Part shown: one piece after another, positions 45,876 to 53,734 of the stretch | Position numbering within the stretch: the stretch's first letter is position 1 | Layout: each line of letters opens with the position of its first letter | Notes under the pieces: generated by a model | What the model saw: only the letters and a program-made list of their open reading frames with translations | Databases searched by the model: none | What the model was told of the DNA's origin: nothing | Assembly: GCA_028712445.1 (NCBI GenBank) | Contig: JAQTPY010000002.1 | Coordinates: 1-62,274 of the forward strand | DNA: 62,274 nt | DNA from: Minisyncoccota bacterium | Lineage (GTDB): Bacteria > Patescibacteriota > Minisyncoccia > Minisyncoccales > RBG-13-42-11 | Reading direction: 5' to 3' | Program-made: the position numbers and the translations under genes

Positions 45876-45972
45876 AATTTTCCCCCATTTATTAATATCT
45901 TTTCGACCTTTAATCTTAAAAGAATATCTATGGGTTTACCCACAGATTTTCTTGCACCTGAAAGTAATCGAT

Positions 45973-46113
45973 AAAACAAAAACAGGTCAAAAACCTGTCC
46001 AAAAACCATCAAACTTTCACTTCCCTTCTCCCCCTTTACGTCCCCTCTCTCCCTATTAATAAGGACGCTTAGAAAGTTTAGCATTAAACTATTAAATTGT
46101 TTCCTCTACTTTT
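45973..46113 (-). promoter_or_regulatory. Structured 5' leader with terminator, copy A
   Basis: AACAATTTAATA, GTTTA/TAAAC stem, 29-nt core 46039-46067, ACAGGT/ACCTGT terminator 45982-45998. Confidence 0.7.
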
Positions 46114-46142
46114 AGAATATAAAAATTGAGGAGACGTGTCAA
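46114..46142 (-). promoter_or_regulatory. sigma70 promoter for leader A
   Basis: TTGACA-17nt-TATTCT. Confidence 0.75.
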
Positions 46143-46144
46143 TA

Positions 46145-46861
46145 TCAGGAATCTTCCGATGATAAAACTGCTTCTATAAAAATTCTTTGAATATTTTTCC
46201 CCGGAGGCCAGCAGCTTATGAGCAAAAGTATATTTTTTGAATCAACCAGCTCATTTTTAGCCGGTTCCTCTCCCCTGTTTATGATGAATTTTTGGCTGAA
46301 AATATATTTGTATTCTTTTTCATTAAAAATAATTAGTATTTCATCTCCTTCGGCAAGATCGTTAAGTTTGCTGAAAACCCAGTCAAACTTTATCTTTGGC
46401 CAGCCAGGAGGCGCGCTGTGCCCCAAAATTATAGTTTGTCCAACCCTCCCGGGAAGAACTGATTTAGGATAATGAATTACACCCTTATTAAGCGACTTGT
46501 GAAGAATCGTCTCGTTCTCATCGGGATTATCAAAAAATATTATAGGAGCTTCAATGCCGATCTTTGGAATTTTAATCGATCCCTCCTTCTCCAAAATCAC
46601 CTCTTCTTCAATTTCCGGAACAAGACTTTCCAATTCAGCTCCACTCAAAATTATTTGACTTTCACTCTTTCGAAACAAATTCTCTACCATTCCCGAAATC
46701 ACTCGATAATTGAAAACCCAGCCGTAAGTGTCAAAATTGAGGGAAATAAAAGAAATCGCAAAAAAAACAGCAAAATACTTCCAGATTTTGCCTACAAAAG
46801 AAACATTGCTCGCGCAAGAAGAAATATGTTTAAACTTTTTCTCTCTATTCTCTCCCCTCAT
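46145..46861 (-). CDS. Sortase-family protein
   Basis: N-terminal TM; IKIPKIGIEAPI, LNKGVIHYP, ILGHS, LISCWPPG..QR (His/Cys/Arg). Confidence 0.88.
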   Translation of the reverse strand: MRGENREKKFKHISSCASNVSFVGKIWKYFAVFFAISFISLNFDTYGWVFNYRVISGMVENLFRKSESQIILSGAELESLVPEIEEEVILEKEGSIKIPKIGIEAPIIFFDNPDENETILHKSLNKGVIHYPKSVLPGRVGQTIILGHSAPPGWPKIKFDWVFSKLNDLAEGDEILIIFNEKEYKYIFSQKFIINRGEEPAKNELVDSKNILLLISCWPPGKNIQRIFIEAVLSSEDS

Positions 46862-46900
46862 CCTATTTTTATTATAGCAAAATTTTGTTAAAATGTAGCA

Positions 46901-47962
46901 ATGCAGGTTTTTGAATTTCTTTTTAATCCCAAAATCAAAGACAATTTAGTTTTTGATAGTTTTTGCTACGATCCTCAAAACATCTACGAAAAAAGGATGG
47001 GAAGTCTTTATATGGCAGGATCATTAAAGAATGTCCTGCCTCAAAACCTTTATTTCCTGAATAATTTAGCTAAAGCAATCAGAGAAAGATATTATAAAAC
47101 AATTTCTGCTACGCCTGAGAAATCGCTGAAAGAGACCTTGAGGAAAGTTAATGATTATCTTGAAAAGGTGGCAAAAAGTGGAGACGTAAGCTGGCTGGGG
47201 AACTTAAATTTTACCGTCCTTTCGCTAAAAAACTACGAACTTAATTTCACTAAGGTCGGTGACCTGAAAATCTATCTGATAAGAAAGGGGCAGATCATAG
47301 ACATCGATCAGAAACTTAAATTTGAAGAAATTGAACCCTATCCGCTGAAGATCTTTGGCAACATCGTCTCGGGGACTCTAAATGAAGACGATGTAATTTT
47401 GATTGCGACCAAGGAAATTTCTGATTTCTTTATCCAGGACAATCTCATGAATGAATTCTCAAAAATCTCTCTGTCCATTTCCGATTGTCCGGAAAAAAGA
47501 AATTTAAGCGCGGTTAAGAAGGTTTTTGAAAACAAAAAAGAAAGACTCGGTCTTATTTCCGGCGTTTGTCTTTTTGTCGGCCTCAGCAAAGAATCGTTGC
47601 CGAAGGAAAAAGAAATCGTGGCTGCCGGAAAAAAGAAACTCAACTTTGCAAAAAACGTCGCCTCCTTCCTGAAACCTCCCGCGATGCCCAAAACCATTGC
47701 AACCATTAAAAAACCTGTTTTTTCTTTTACTCTTCTTGAAAAAATAAAAAGGATAAGAATCTATTTAAATTTGATTTTTTTAAATATTACGCGCCTCCTA
47801 TTCACCTCGATCCGCCTAATTTCAAACCTGCGCGGAAAATGCAAAAAATCTTCCCGTTTGAATTTCAATACTTTTTTGACTAAGAATAAAAACTGGTGTC
47901 TGGTTCTCCTTTTTATAATCGTCCTTTTTATCGGCTCCCTTATAACAAATCTGACTGATTAA
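46901..47962 (+). CDS. Hypothetical protein, possibly a degenerate PP2C/PPM-like fold, with C-terminal TM
   Basis: LNFTKVGDLKIYLIRKGQIIDI, SGTLNEDDVILIAT resemble PPM strands; metal-binding Asp motifs not evident. Confidence 0.5.
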   Translation: MQVFEFLFNPKIKDNLVFDSFCYDPQNIYEKRMGSLYMAGSLKNVLPQNLYFLNNLAKAIRERYYKTISATPEKSLKETLRKVNDYLEKVAKSGDVSWLGNLNFTVLSLKNYELNFTKVGDLKIYLIRKGQIIDIDQKLKFEEIEPYPLKIFGNIVSGTLNEDDVILIATKEISDFFIQDNLMNEFSKISLSISDCPEKRNLSAVKKVFENKKERLGLISGVCLFVGLSKESLPKEKEIVAAGKKKLNFAKNVASFLKPPAMPKTIATIKKPVFSFTLLEKIKRIRIYLNLIFLNITRLLFTSIRLISNLRGKCKKSSRLNFNTFLTKNKNWCLVLLFIIVLFIGSLITNLTD

Positions 47963-47995
47963 AAAAAGGGGGGATGGGAGTTTCCCCCTTTTATT
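47961..47995. terminator. Bidirectional terminator (approximate coordinates)
   Basis: A tract, G-run/C-run hairpin, T tract between convergent genes. Confidence 0.6.
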
Positions 47996-48022
47996 TTATT
48001 AAGTTCAGGACCACGGAATTGA

Positions 48023-48829
48023 CTAGAAGAGCACTACTATGAATTCTGCTGACGGGTCATTTTCGATGGGCCATACTCTGTCCGCTCTAACATCCACGCC
48101 GTAGACCTTGACCACACCGCCTGATTCGGCAAGAATGATGGAGAAGACAGGATTGGTGCGAGTAGGTTTGACGAAACCGACCGGAATAGTATCCCAACCT
48201 GGCTGAGATTTAATGGCGCCCTGAAGATAAGCCACGTAATCGGAATCTTCACCTAGAGCCAGTTTATCACCCTGGTCTGAATTCAGAAAACGCTGAACTT
48301 CTGAAAGCGAGATTACGCCGTATTGCTTCCTCTCCGGCCCCCTGATCCGGCACTCTGGGAATGTCTGGCGAAGAACGTTCATCACATCGGCCTGGTTAAC
48401 CATCTTAGATATGCTCGGAGCTGAAGTTGTAGCCGTAGTGACAGCTGTTGACTGGGTGACTGCGGCTGCTGCTGCCGGAGCTCCCTTGCCAAGCAAGCTC
48501 TGCAAACTGTCTATCTTGCTCTGCTGACTGGCAATGATCCCCTCTTTTGCAGCTACTTGCTGGAGTAAAGCCGTGTTTTTTGCCTGGTAATCATTGACCG
48601 TGGATCGCAGCGCTGCCACTTCAGAGCTGGTATTTGCCCGGGCTGAGGCCAGCATGGGAGCCATCACAATAATGGCTATGGCCAAAACCGCGATAGAAAT
48701 GTTCCGCCAGTTATTTTTGAACCAATCTCCCACCTTCCGCGCAGTGCTCCTTACTTCAGTAGGTATACCTCCCGGTACGGGCGCCGTCCGTTCGACTGCC
48801 CTTTCCTCTCTCTCTTCTGGGTTTTGCAT
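48023..48829 (-). CDS. Membrane-anchored coiled-coil protein (paralogue of 5487-6377)
   Basis: TM, coiled coil, Ala/Thr linker, shared C-terminal domain; ATG 7 nt after GGAGG. Confidence 0.8.
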   Translation of the reverse strand: MQNPEEREERAVERTAPVPGGIPTEVRSTARKVGDWFKNNWRNISIAVLAIAIIVMAPMLASARANTSSEVAALRSTVNDYQAKNTALLQQVAAKEGIIASQQSKIDSLQSLLGKGAPAAAAAVTQSTAVTTATTSAPSISKMVNQADVMNVLRQTFPECRIRGPERKQYGVISLSEVQRFLNSDQGDKLALGEDSDYVAYLQGAIKSQPGWDTIPVGFVKPTRTNPVFSIILAESGGVVKVYGVDVRADRVWPIENDPSAEFIVVLF

Positions 48830-48952
48830 TTCATTTCCTCCTTTTGATTTCCTTCCTTGCAAACTTTAGTTTCGTTGCCAGACCCCTGACTATTAAACAC
48901 ATTATCTTTTCTTACAATTTTTACCTCCTTCTTTCTTTCAATTTTTGTTTGG

Positions 48953-49103
48953 AAAAAAACAAAACAGGTCAAAAAGACCTGTGAACACATCTTATAATTA
49001 TTCTCCCTCCCCCTACGTCCCCTCTCTCCCTATTAACAAGGACGTATATTGTTATGCTCATTCAAAAATTAGAATTGAGCTATTAAATTGTTCTCTCAAT
49101 TTC
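48953..49103 (-). promoter_or_regulatory. Structured 5' leader with terminator, copy B
   Basis: AACAATTTAATA, GCTCA/TGAGC stem, 29-nt core 49016-49044, ACAGGTC/GACCTGT terminator 48964-48982. Confidence 0.7.
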
Positions 49104-49133
49104 AAGATAACAAAAAACAAGGCCGTCTGTCAA
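49104..49133 (-). promoter_or_regulatory. sigma70 promoter for leader B, overlapping the rplL terminator
   Basis: TTGACA-18nt-TATCTT. Confidence 0.55.
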
Positions 49134-49147
49134 ATGCCTTGTTTTTT
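49112..49147 (-). terminator. rplL terminator
   Basis: AAAAAACAAGGC-12nt-GCCTTGTTTTTT. Confidence 0.85.
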
Positions 49148-49156
49148 GTATATAGT

Positions 49157-49576
49157 TTATTTCAATTCAATCTTAGCTCCAGCTGCTTCGAATTTCTTCT
49201 TTAAATCTTCTGCCTCCTCTTTCTTTGCATTTTCTTTTACAATCTGAGGGGCGGCTGCGGCGGCGTCAACCAGGTCCTTGGCTTCTTTCAATCCTTTTCC
49301 AGTAGCGTCTCTCACAATCTTTATTACTTCAATCTTTTTATCTCCCACAGATGTGAGCTGGACATTGAAGGATGTTTTTTCTTCAGCTTCAGGAGCGGCG
49401 CCTGCAGCGGGAGCTGCAACTGCCATTACCGGAGCGGAAGCCGAAACCCCGAACTTCTTTTCCAGAACTTTAACCAAATCAGCTAAATCCAGAACACTCA
49501 TCTTTTCAATTTCACTGACTAGTTTCTGAAACTTTTCAGGAACTTCAATTTCTTCTTTTTTTATTTCTTCTGCCAT
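49157..49576 (-). CDS. rplL: 50S ribosomal protein L7/L12
   Basis: [44 protein letters not shown]. Confidence 0.98.
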   Translation of the reverse strand: MAEEIKKEEIEVPEKFQKLVSEIEKMSVLDLADLVKVLEKKFGVSASAPVMAVAAPAAGAAPEAEEKTSFNVQLTSVGDKKIEVIKIVRDATGKGLKEAKDLVDAAAAAPQIVKENAKKEEAEDLKKKFEAAGAKIELK

Positions 49577-49617
49577 ATTTTTATCTTTTATGCTAATTTA
49601 TTTATTAATTTAAATTC

Positions 49618-50139
49618 TTAAATATTCTGTGTTTTAATTTGACCTAAAACACGAATCAGACCTTTAATATTTCCTTGCAAGACATTAACAAAACCTGAAA
49701 CAGGAGCCGAAATTGAACCCACAACTTTGGATAAAAGCTCGGGTTTGGTCGGAAGCTGGGCCAAAGCGATCACTTCTTCAACACTTTTTTCTTCGTTGGT
49801 CAAAAACCCGCCCAGGATCTGGACCTTATCGTTTTCTTTGGAAAACTGGTAAACAGTTTTTGCCGGCATGATTTCATCTTCATATCCTAGAACCAGAGCT
49901 ACTTCAGTTTTATGCTTTTTCTTGTCAAAGGAAATTTTATTCTCTTGCAGAACAATATTAGCCAAACTCTTCTTAATTACTTTTAACTCACCTCCGCTCT
50001 TTTTCAGCCTTTTTCTCAGTTCAGTCATATCTTTTACTTTCAAACCGGTAATTCCAAGAAGAACCATTGATTTTTGGCGTAAAATCCTGTCTTTCAATTC
50101 TTCTATTCTCTTACTCTTTTTTTCTTTTGATAATGGCAT
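49618..50139 (-). CDS. rplJ: 50S ribosomal protein L10
   Basis: ELRKRL..KVIKKSL, ALAQLPTKPELLSKVVGSISAP. Confidence 0.96.
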   Translation of the reverse strand: MPLSKEKKSKRIEELKDRILRQKSMVLLGITGLKVKDMTELRKRLKKSGGELKVIKKSLANIVLQENKISFDKKKHKTEVALVLGYEDEIMPAKTVYQFSKENDKVQILGGFLTNEEKSVEEVIALAQLPTKPELLSKVVGSISAPVSGFVNVLQGNIKGLIRVLGQIKTQNI

Positions 50140-50164
50140 ATTGGTAATTCAAATTTTAATAAAT

Positions 50165-50257
50165 AAAAAATCTGCTTTTCGCAGACAAACTCCGAGGTCG
50201 AACCTCAGTTAGAATATCTCCTCGGCGGGGCTTATTGTTTGCCCGCTGTCTGCGGAA
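50165..50257 (-). promoter_or_regulatory. Ribosomal protein L10 leader (autoregulatory) with terminator
   Basis: CCGCAGACAGCGGG..CCCGCCGAGG..CCTCGG kink-turn pattern, then TCTGC-GAAAA-GCAGA-TTTTTT, upstream of rplJ. Confidence 0.85.
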
Positions 50258-50273
50258 TGAATGATATGTTCAA

Positions 50274-50302
50274 AGTATATAGCAAGCCTTGAATTTTGTC
50301 AA
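50274..50302 (-). promoter_or_regulatory. sigma70 promoter of rplJL
   Basis: TTGACA-17nt-TATACT. Confidence 0.8.
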
Positions 50303-50303
50303 C

Positions 50304-50336
50304 AGGGATGTGCGGGGTCGGGCTAAGCACATCCCT
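50304..50336. repeat. GGATGTGC element, copy 4, overlapping the mltG stop codon
   Basis: AGGGATGTGC-ggggtcgggctaa-GCACATCCCT. Confidence 0.85.
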
Positions 50337-51366
50337 ATCTTAAATATTTGGCTGTAGCTATATTGTGCTCGGTCAAGTTTTTGCTGAAAACAGTTTCTCC
50401 TGTATCCTGCCTGTTTAAAAAATACCAGTAGGAACTTTTTGTGGGATAGATAGCAGCTTCTATACTTTTTAATCCGGGGTTTGAAATGGGTCCCAAGGGA
50501 AGCCCCGCATATTTATAAGTATTAAAGGGAGAATCTATTTCCATCTCTTCCTTTGTGATCTGGGTTGATTTTTTTCCAGTGACGTAATTCACGCTAGGGC
50601 AAGCCTGAAGAGGCATGCCCGCACTGAGTCTTTTCCAAAAGATACCTGAAACCGTCTTTCTGTCTTCATCATTCATGACTTCTTTTTCTATAATCGAAGC
50701 CATAGTGATTATGTCAAAAATGCTCTTTTGCTGTCTGGCTATTTCCGCTCGCAATTCGGGAGTTAGTTTTTTATCAAAATTAGAAAGCATTTTTCTTACG
50801 ATCTCCACATTACCCTCTCCGGGAATGACCACATAGGTATCCGGAAACAGATAACCCTCCAGCCCCACGCTCTTGGACTTATCTTTTAAAAATTCAAATT
50901 CGGCGGAAAAATCTTTAGGAGGAATCAATTTTTCTGATTTTGAATAATCCTGAGCTGGAATACCGGTGACATCCCATAATTCTTGAGATTTTGCAATCTC
51001 TTTTTCCTCAAAATAATTTCCTATATCTCTCAAACTCCAGCCCTCTGGTATTGTAATTTTTTTCTGCACAATTTCCCCTTTTTTTAATTTACGAGCTATT
51101 TGAAAAACACTCTTTGAGGAAGATAAAGAGTAGCTTCCGGCTTGAAGATTATCCGAAATTCCGGTTGCCAAAACATAAGCTCTGAAAACCAAAGACCATC
51201 TTATTATCCCTTCTTTTTCAAGGTTTTGAGCTATCTCCTTGGAACCTTCCCCCGAACGGATAATGAAAACCTTCTCATTTTCTGAAAAAGGATCTTTGGG
51301 CAAATGGACCGAAGAAAATAAAAACAGCAAACAAAGCGCAATTAAAATTTTCTTTTTTATTTCCAT
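50335..51366 (-). CDS. mltG: Endolytic transglycosylase MltG
   Basis: LQAGSY, TIPEG, LEGYLFPDTY, MASIIEKE, SPFNTYKYAGLPLGPISNPG. Confidence 0.95.
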   Translation of the reverse strand: MEIKKKILIALCLLFLFSSVHLPKDPFSENEKVFIIRSGEGSKEIAQNLEKEGIIRWSLVFRAYVLATGISDNLQAGSYSLSSSKSVFQIARKLKKGEIVQKKITIPEGWSLRDIGNYFEEKEIAKSQELWDVTGIPAQDYSKSEKLIPPKDFSAEFEFLKDKSKSVGLEGYLFPDTYVVIPGEGNVEIVRKMLSNFDKKLTPELRAEIARQQKSIFDIITMASIIEKEVMNDEDRKTVSGIFWKRLSAGMPLQACPSVNYVTGKKSTQITKEEMEIDSPFNTYKYAGLPLGPISNPGLKSIEAAIYPTKSSYWYFLNRQDTGETVFSKNLTEHNIATAKYLR

Positions 51367-51977
51367 CTTTTTACCAGCGGAACAAAAACAAACCCCCGAA
51401 ACTCTTGCCGCTCAAAATATTTTTCTGATTTTTTAACATATCTTAAAATTGACGATCCCTGTGGAAAAACAATCCTTCCGCCCACCCTCAACTGTTCCTT
51501 CCAGGGTTGGAGAAAATCATCTGAAGCAGCTGAGATCAAAATTCTGTCATAAGGGGCTTCCTTTGGATATCCCTCCCTTCCGTCAGCCCGGATCATTTTA
51601 ACTCTCCCCTTCTCAATAAAATTATATTTGGACACATTCTTGCTGCCGAATCCAACAAGTTCAGGGATTATTTCCAACCCTATCACTCTTCCTTTATCTC
51701 CCGCGATGCAGGAAAGAATGGCTGTTGTCCAACCGGAACCTGATCCTATGTCTAGAATTTTGTTTCCTTTTTCAGGCTGCAGTTCTTCAATCATCAAAGC
51801 CACGACCAGGGGCTGGGAAATTGTCTGCTCAGCCATAGTTGGAAGAGCAATATTTTCCCGGGCGGCCTCCTTTAAATCATCTGGAACGAAATCTTCTCTT
51901 TTTATTTTTTTAAATGCCTCTATTATTCTTGGCGTCTTTAACCATCCTTCTCTGATTAATTCACTAACAAGATCCAT
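51357..51977 (-). CDS. pcm: Protein-L-isoaspartate O-methyltransferase
   Basis: QTISQP, LDIGSGSGW, APYDRILISAA, FVFVPL. Confidence 0.93.
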   Translation of the reverse strand: MDLVSELIREGWLKTPRIIEAFKKIKREDFVPDDLKEAARENIALPTMAEQTISQPLVVALMIEELQPEKGNKILDIGSGSGWTTAILSCIAGDKGRVIGLEIIPELVGFGSKNVSKYNFIEKGRVKMIRADGREGYPKEAPYDRILISAASDDFLQPWKEQLRVGGRIVFPQGSSILRYVKKSEKYFERQEFRGFVFVPLVKRWK

Positions 51978-52476
51978 AATTCCTTTTCATCTTCCCAATA
52001 ATATTTCTTGCCTTCCAGCGCTGGATCAGATTCATTTTGTCTAAAAGCAAAGTGCCGTTCAAATGATCTATTTCGTGCTGGATAACCCTGGCAGCCATTC
52101 CTTCAGCCTCAATTTGAACTGTTTGGCCTTCGAGATTTAGAGCTTCAAGCAATATCTTTTTGGGTCTTCTGATCTTTACCCAAAGATCAGGAAAACTTAG
52201 ACAACCCTCAAGGTCCGAAAACTTTTCTTTGCTTTTTTGGGCAATCTTGGGATTAATCAAAGCGATGACCCCTTTACCGCTTTCAAAAACAATGAGACGC
52301 CTTAAGACACCCACCTGAGGAGCGGCCAATCCAACTCCTTTTTCCTTCTCCATCAGCAAAACCATCTCTTTGGTAAGAGACTTAATTTCATCATCGATCG
52401 CTTTTATTTCCTCTGACCTCTTCTTTAAAACAGGATCGGGATATTTTTTAATTGTATGAATGGAATTCGTTTCCAT
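51964..52476 (-). CDS. def: Peptide deformylase
   Basis: GVGLAAPQVG, EGCLS, HEIDH. Confidence 0.97.
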   Translation of the reverse strand: METNSIHTIKKYPDPVLKKRSEEIKAIDDEIKSLTKEMVLLMEKEKGVGLAAPQVGVLRRLIVFESGKGVIALINPKIAQKSKEKFSDLEGCLSFPDLWVKIRRPKKILLEALNLEGQTVQIEAEGMAARVIQHEIDHLNGTLLLDKMNLIQRWKARNIIGKMKRNYGSC

Positions 52477-52501
52477 GTTAATTACTTTAAAATAATATCA
52501 T

Positions 52502-53731
52502 TTATTCGTATCGTCTTAAAGCTTCTACTGGCTTGAGCTTGGCAGCTGCCCTTGCTGGAAAAACCCCCGCCAGGCAGCCAACCAGAAAAGAAAAGCATAA
52601 AGCAAAAATAATCATTCCGAAAGTGATTGTGGTTTCGAGATGAAAAGAAGTGTTGTTTGCTCCCCAATAACCTATTGCTTTAGCCAAAATTGAACCGAGA
52701 GCCACTCCCCCGACTCCTCCCAAAACTCCAATTATTCCCGATTCAATCAAAAAGATTGAAAGAATAGCCGAATTTTTGGCGCCGATAGCTTTCATAACTC
52801 CTATTTCCCTTGTTCTCTCCCTCACTGAAGTAAACATGGAATTTGTAATTCCGATGCCTCCTACAAAAATAGCTATGGATGCAAAACCAATGATCACTGC
52901 TTGTATTATATTCAGGATATTTCCGGCAATGTCCCCCATTTTCTCCGAAGTGATTACCGAAAAATCCTCTTCGTCTGTACCCGACCTTCTTTTTCTTGTC
53001 TGTCGCAAAGCTTCTTCTATTTCATCAGCTGCCTTTTTATCATCTACACCCTCATTTAATTTTACCATGGCGTAAGAAGCTGTTCCGCGTTTTTCTCCCG
53101 TTAGATCCTGGTAGATTTTCATATCCATGTAAACCATGCTGTCATCCTGTTTATTCCCCAAAGAATTAAGGATTCCCATCACTTCGAATTTCTTTCCTTT
53201 AATAGTTATTTCTGACCCTGAACTTATCTTTTTGGAAAATGTTTCGTTTGCAATATAGCTTCCCACCAAAACCTCATTTCCTTTGGACGGCCACCTTCCC
53301 TCAGTCAAACTCCATCCCTGAAATCTGCTTAGAATGTCAATTCCCTCTTTCCACGGATCATATCCGGCTATGGCAACCTGCTTTGATTCATCTCTATAAC
53401 GGGCCGGGGTTCCTGTGTAGGAAAAACCCAAAACGCTTTCTACGGTTTTTACTTTCTTGATTGCTTCAATGTCTTCTTGCTGGAGTTTGGCGCCGCCGAA
53501 CATCATGCTGGCGAAAATATCTTCGTCTCCTCCGGGCATTACCATCACCATCTCCCCTCCTAGGGCCTGAAGCTGGCGGTTAATAGTGGACTTCAAACCT
53601 TCGCTTAAAGAAAGCAGGCTGATTATAAGAAAAACGCCTACAACTATTCCCAAAACTGTCAGCCAGCTCCTTAACCGCCTGTTAAGAATATTTTTTATTG
53701 AAAGATTGAAATACTCCTTGAAATTATCCAT
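52502..53731 (-). CDS. ABC transporter permease (MacB/FtsX-like)
   Basis: RSWLTVLGIVVG, GGIGITNSM..VRERTREIGVMKAIGA, PARAAAKLKPVEALR. Confidence 0.93.
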   Translation of the reverse strand: MDNFKEYFNLSIKNILNRRLRSWLTVLGIVVGVFLIISLLSLSEGLKSTINRQLQALGGEMVMVMPGGDEDIFASMMFGGAKLQQEDIEAIKKVKTVESVLGFSYTGTPARYRDESKQVAIAGYDPWKEGIDILSRFQGWSLTEGRWPSKGNEVLVGSYIANETFSKKISSGSEITIKGKKFEVMGILNSLGNKQDDSMVYMDMKIYQDLTGEKRGTASYAMVKLNEGVDDKKAADEIEEALRQTRKRRSGTDEEDFSVITSEKMGDIAGNILNIIQAVIIGFASIAIFVGGIGITNSMFTSVRERTREIGVMKAIGAKNSAILSIFLIESGIIGVLGGVGGVALGSILAKAIGYWGANNTSFHLETTITFGMIIFALCFSFLVGCLAGVFPARAAAKLKPVEALRRYE

Positions 53732-53734
53732 AGA

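Noticed and set aside
46039-46067. c-di-GMP-I or -II riboswitch identity for the duplicated leader
   Set aside because: GGGACGUAAAG and GGAAACAAU echo those families in copy A only; GGCAAACC/GNRA and GGGCAC..GUGCAACC are missing and copy B lacks the echoes
45869-46084. 71-aa ORF across leader A, and ORFs 48751-48990 and 48945-49247 across leader B
   Set aside because: Low-complexity translations of regulatory sequence; the two leaders do not conserve a reading frame
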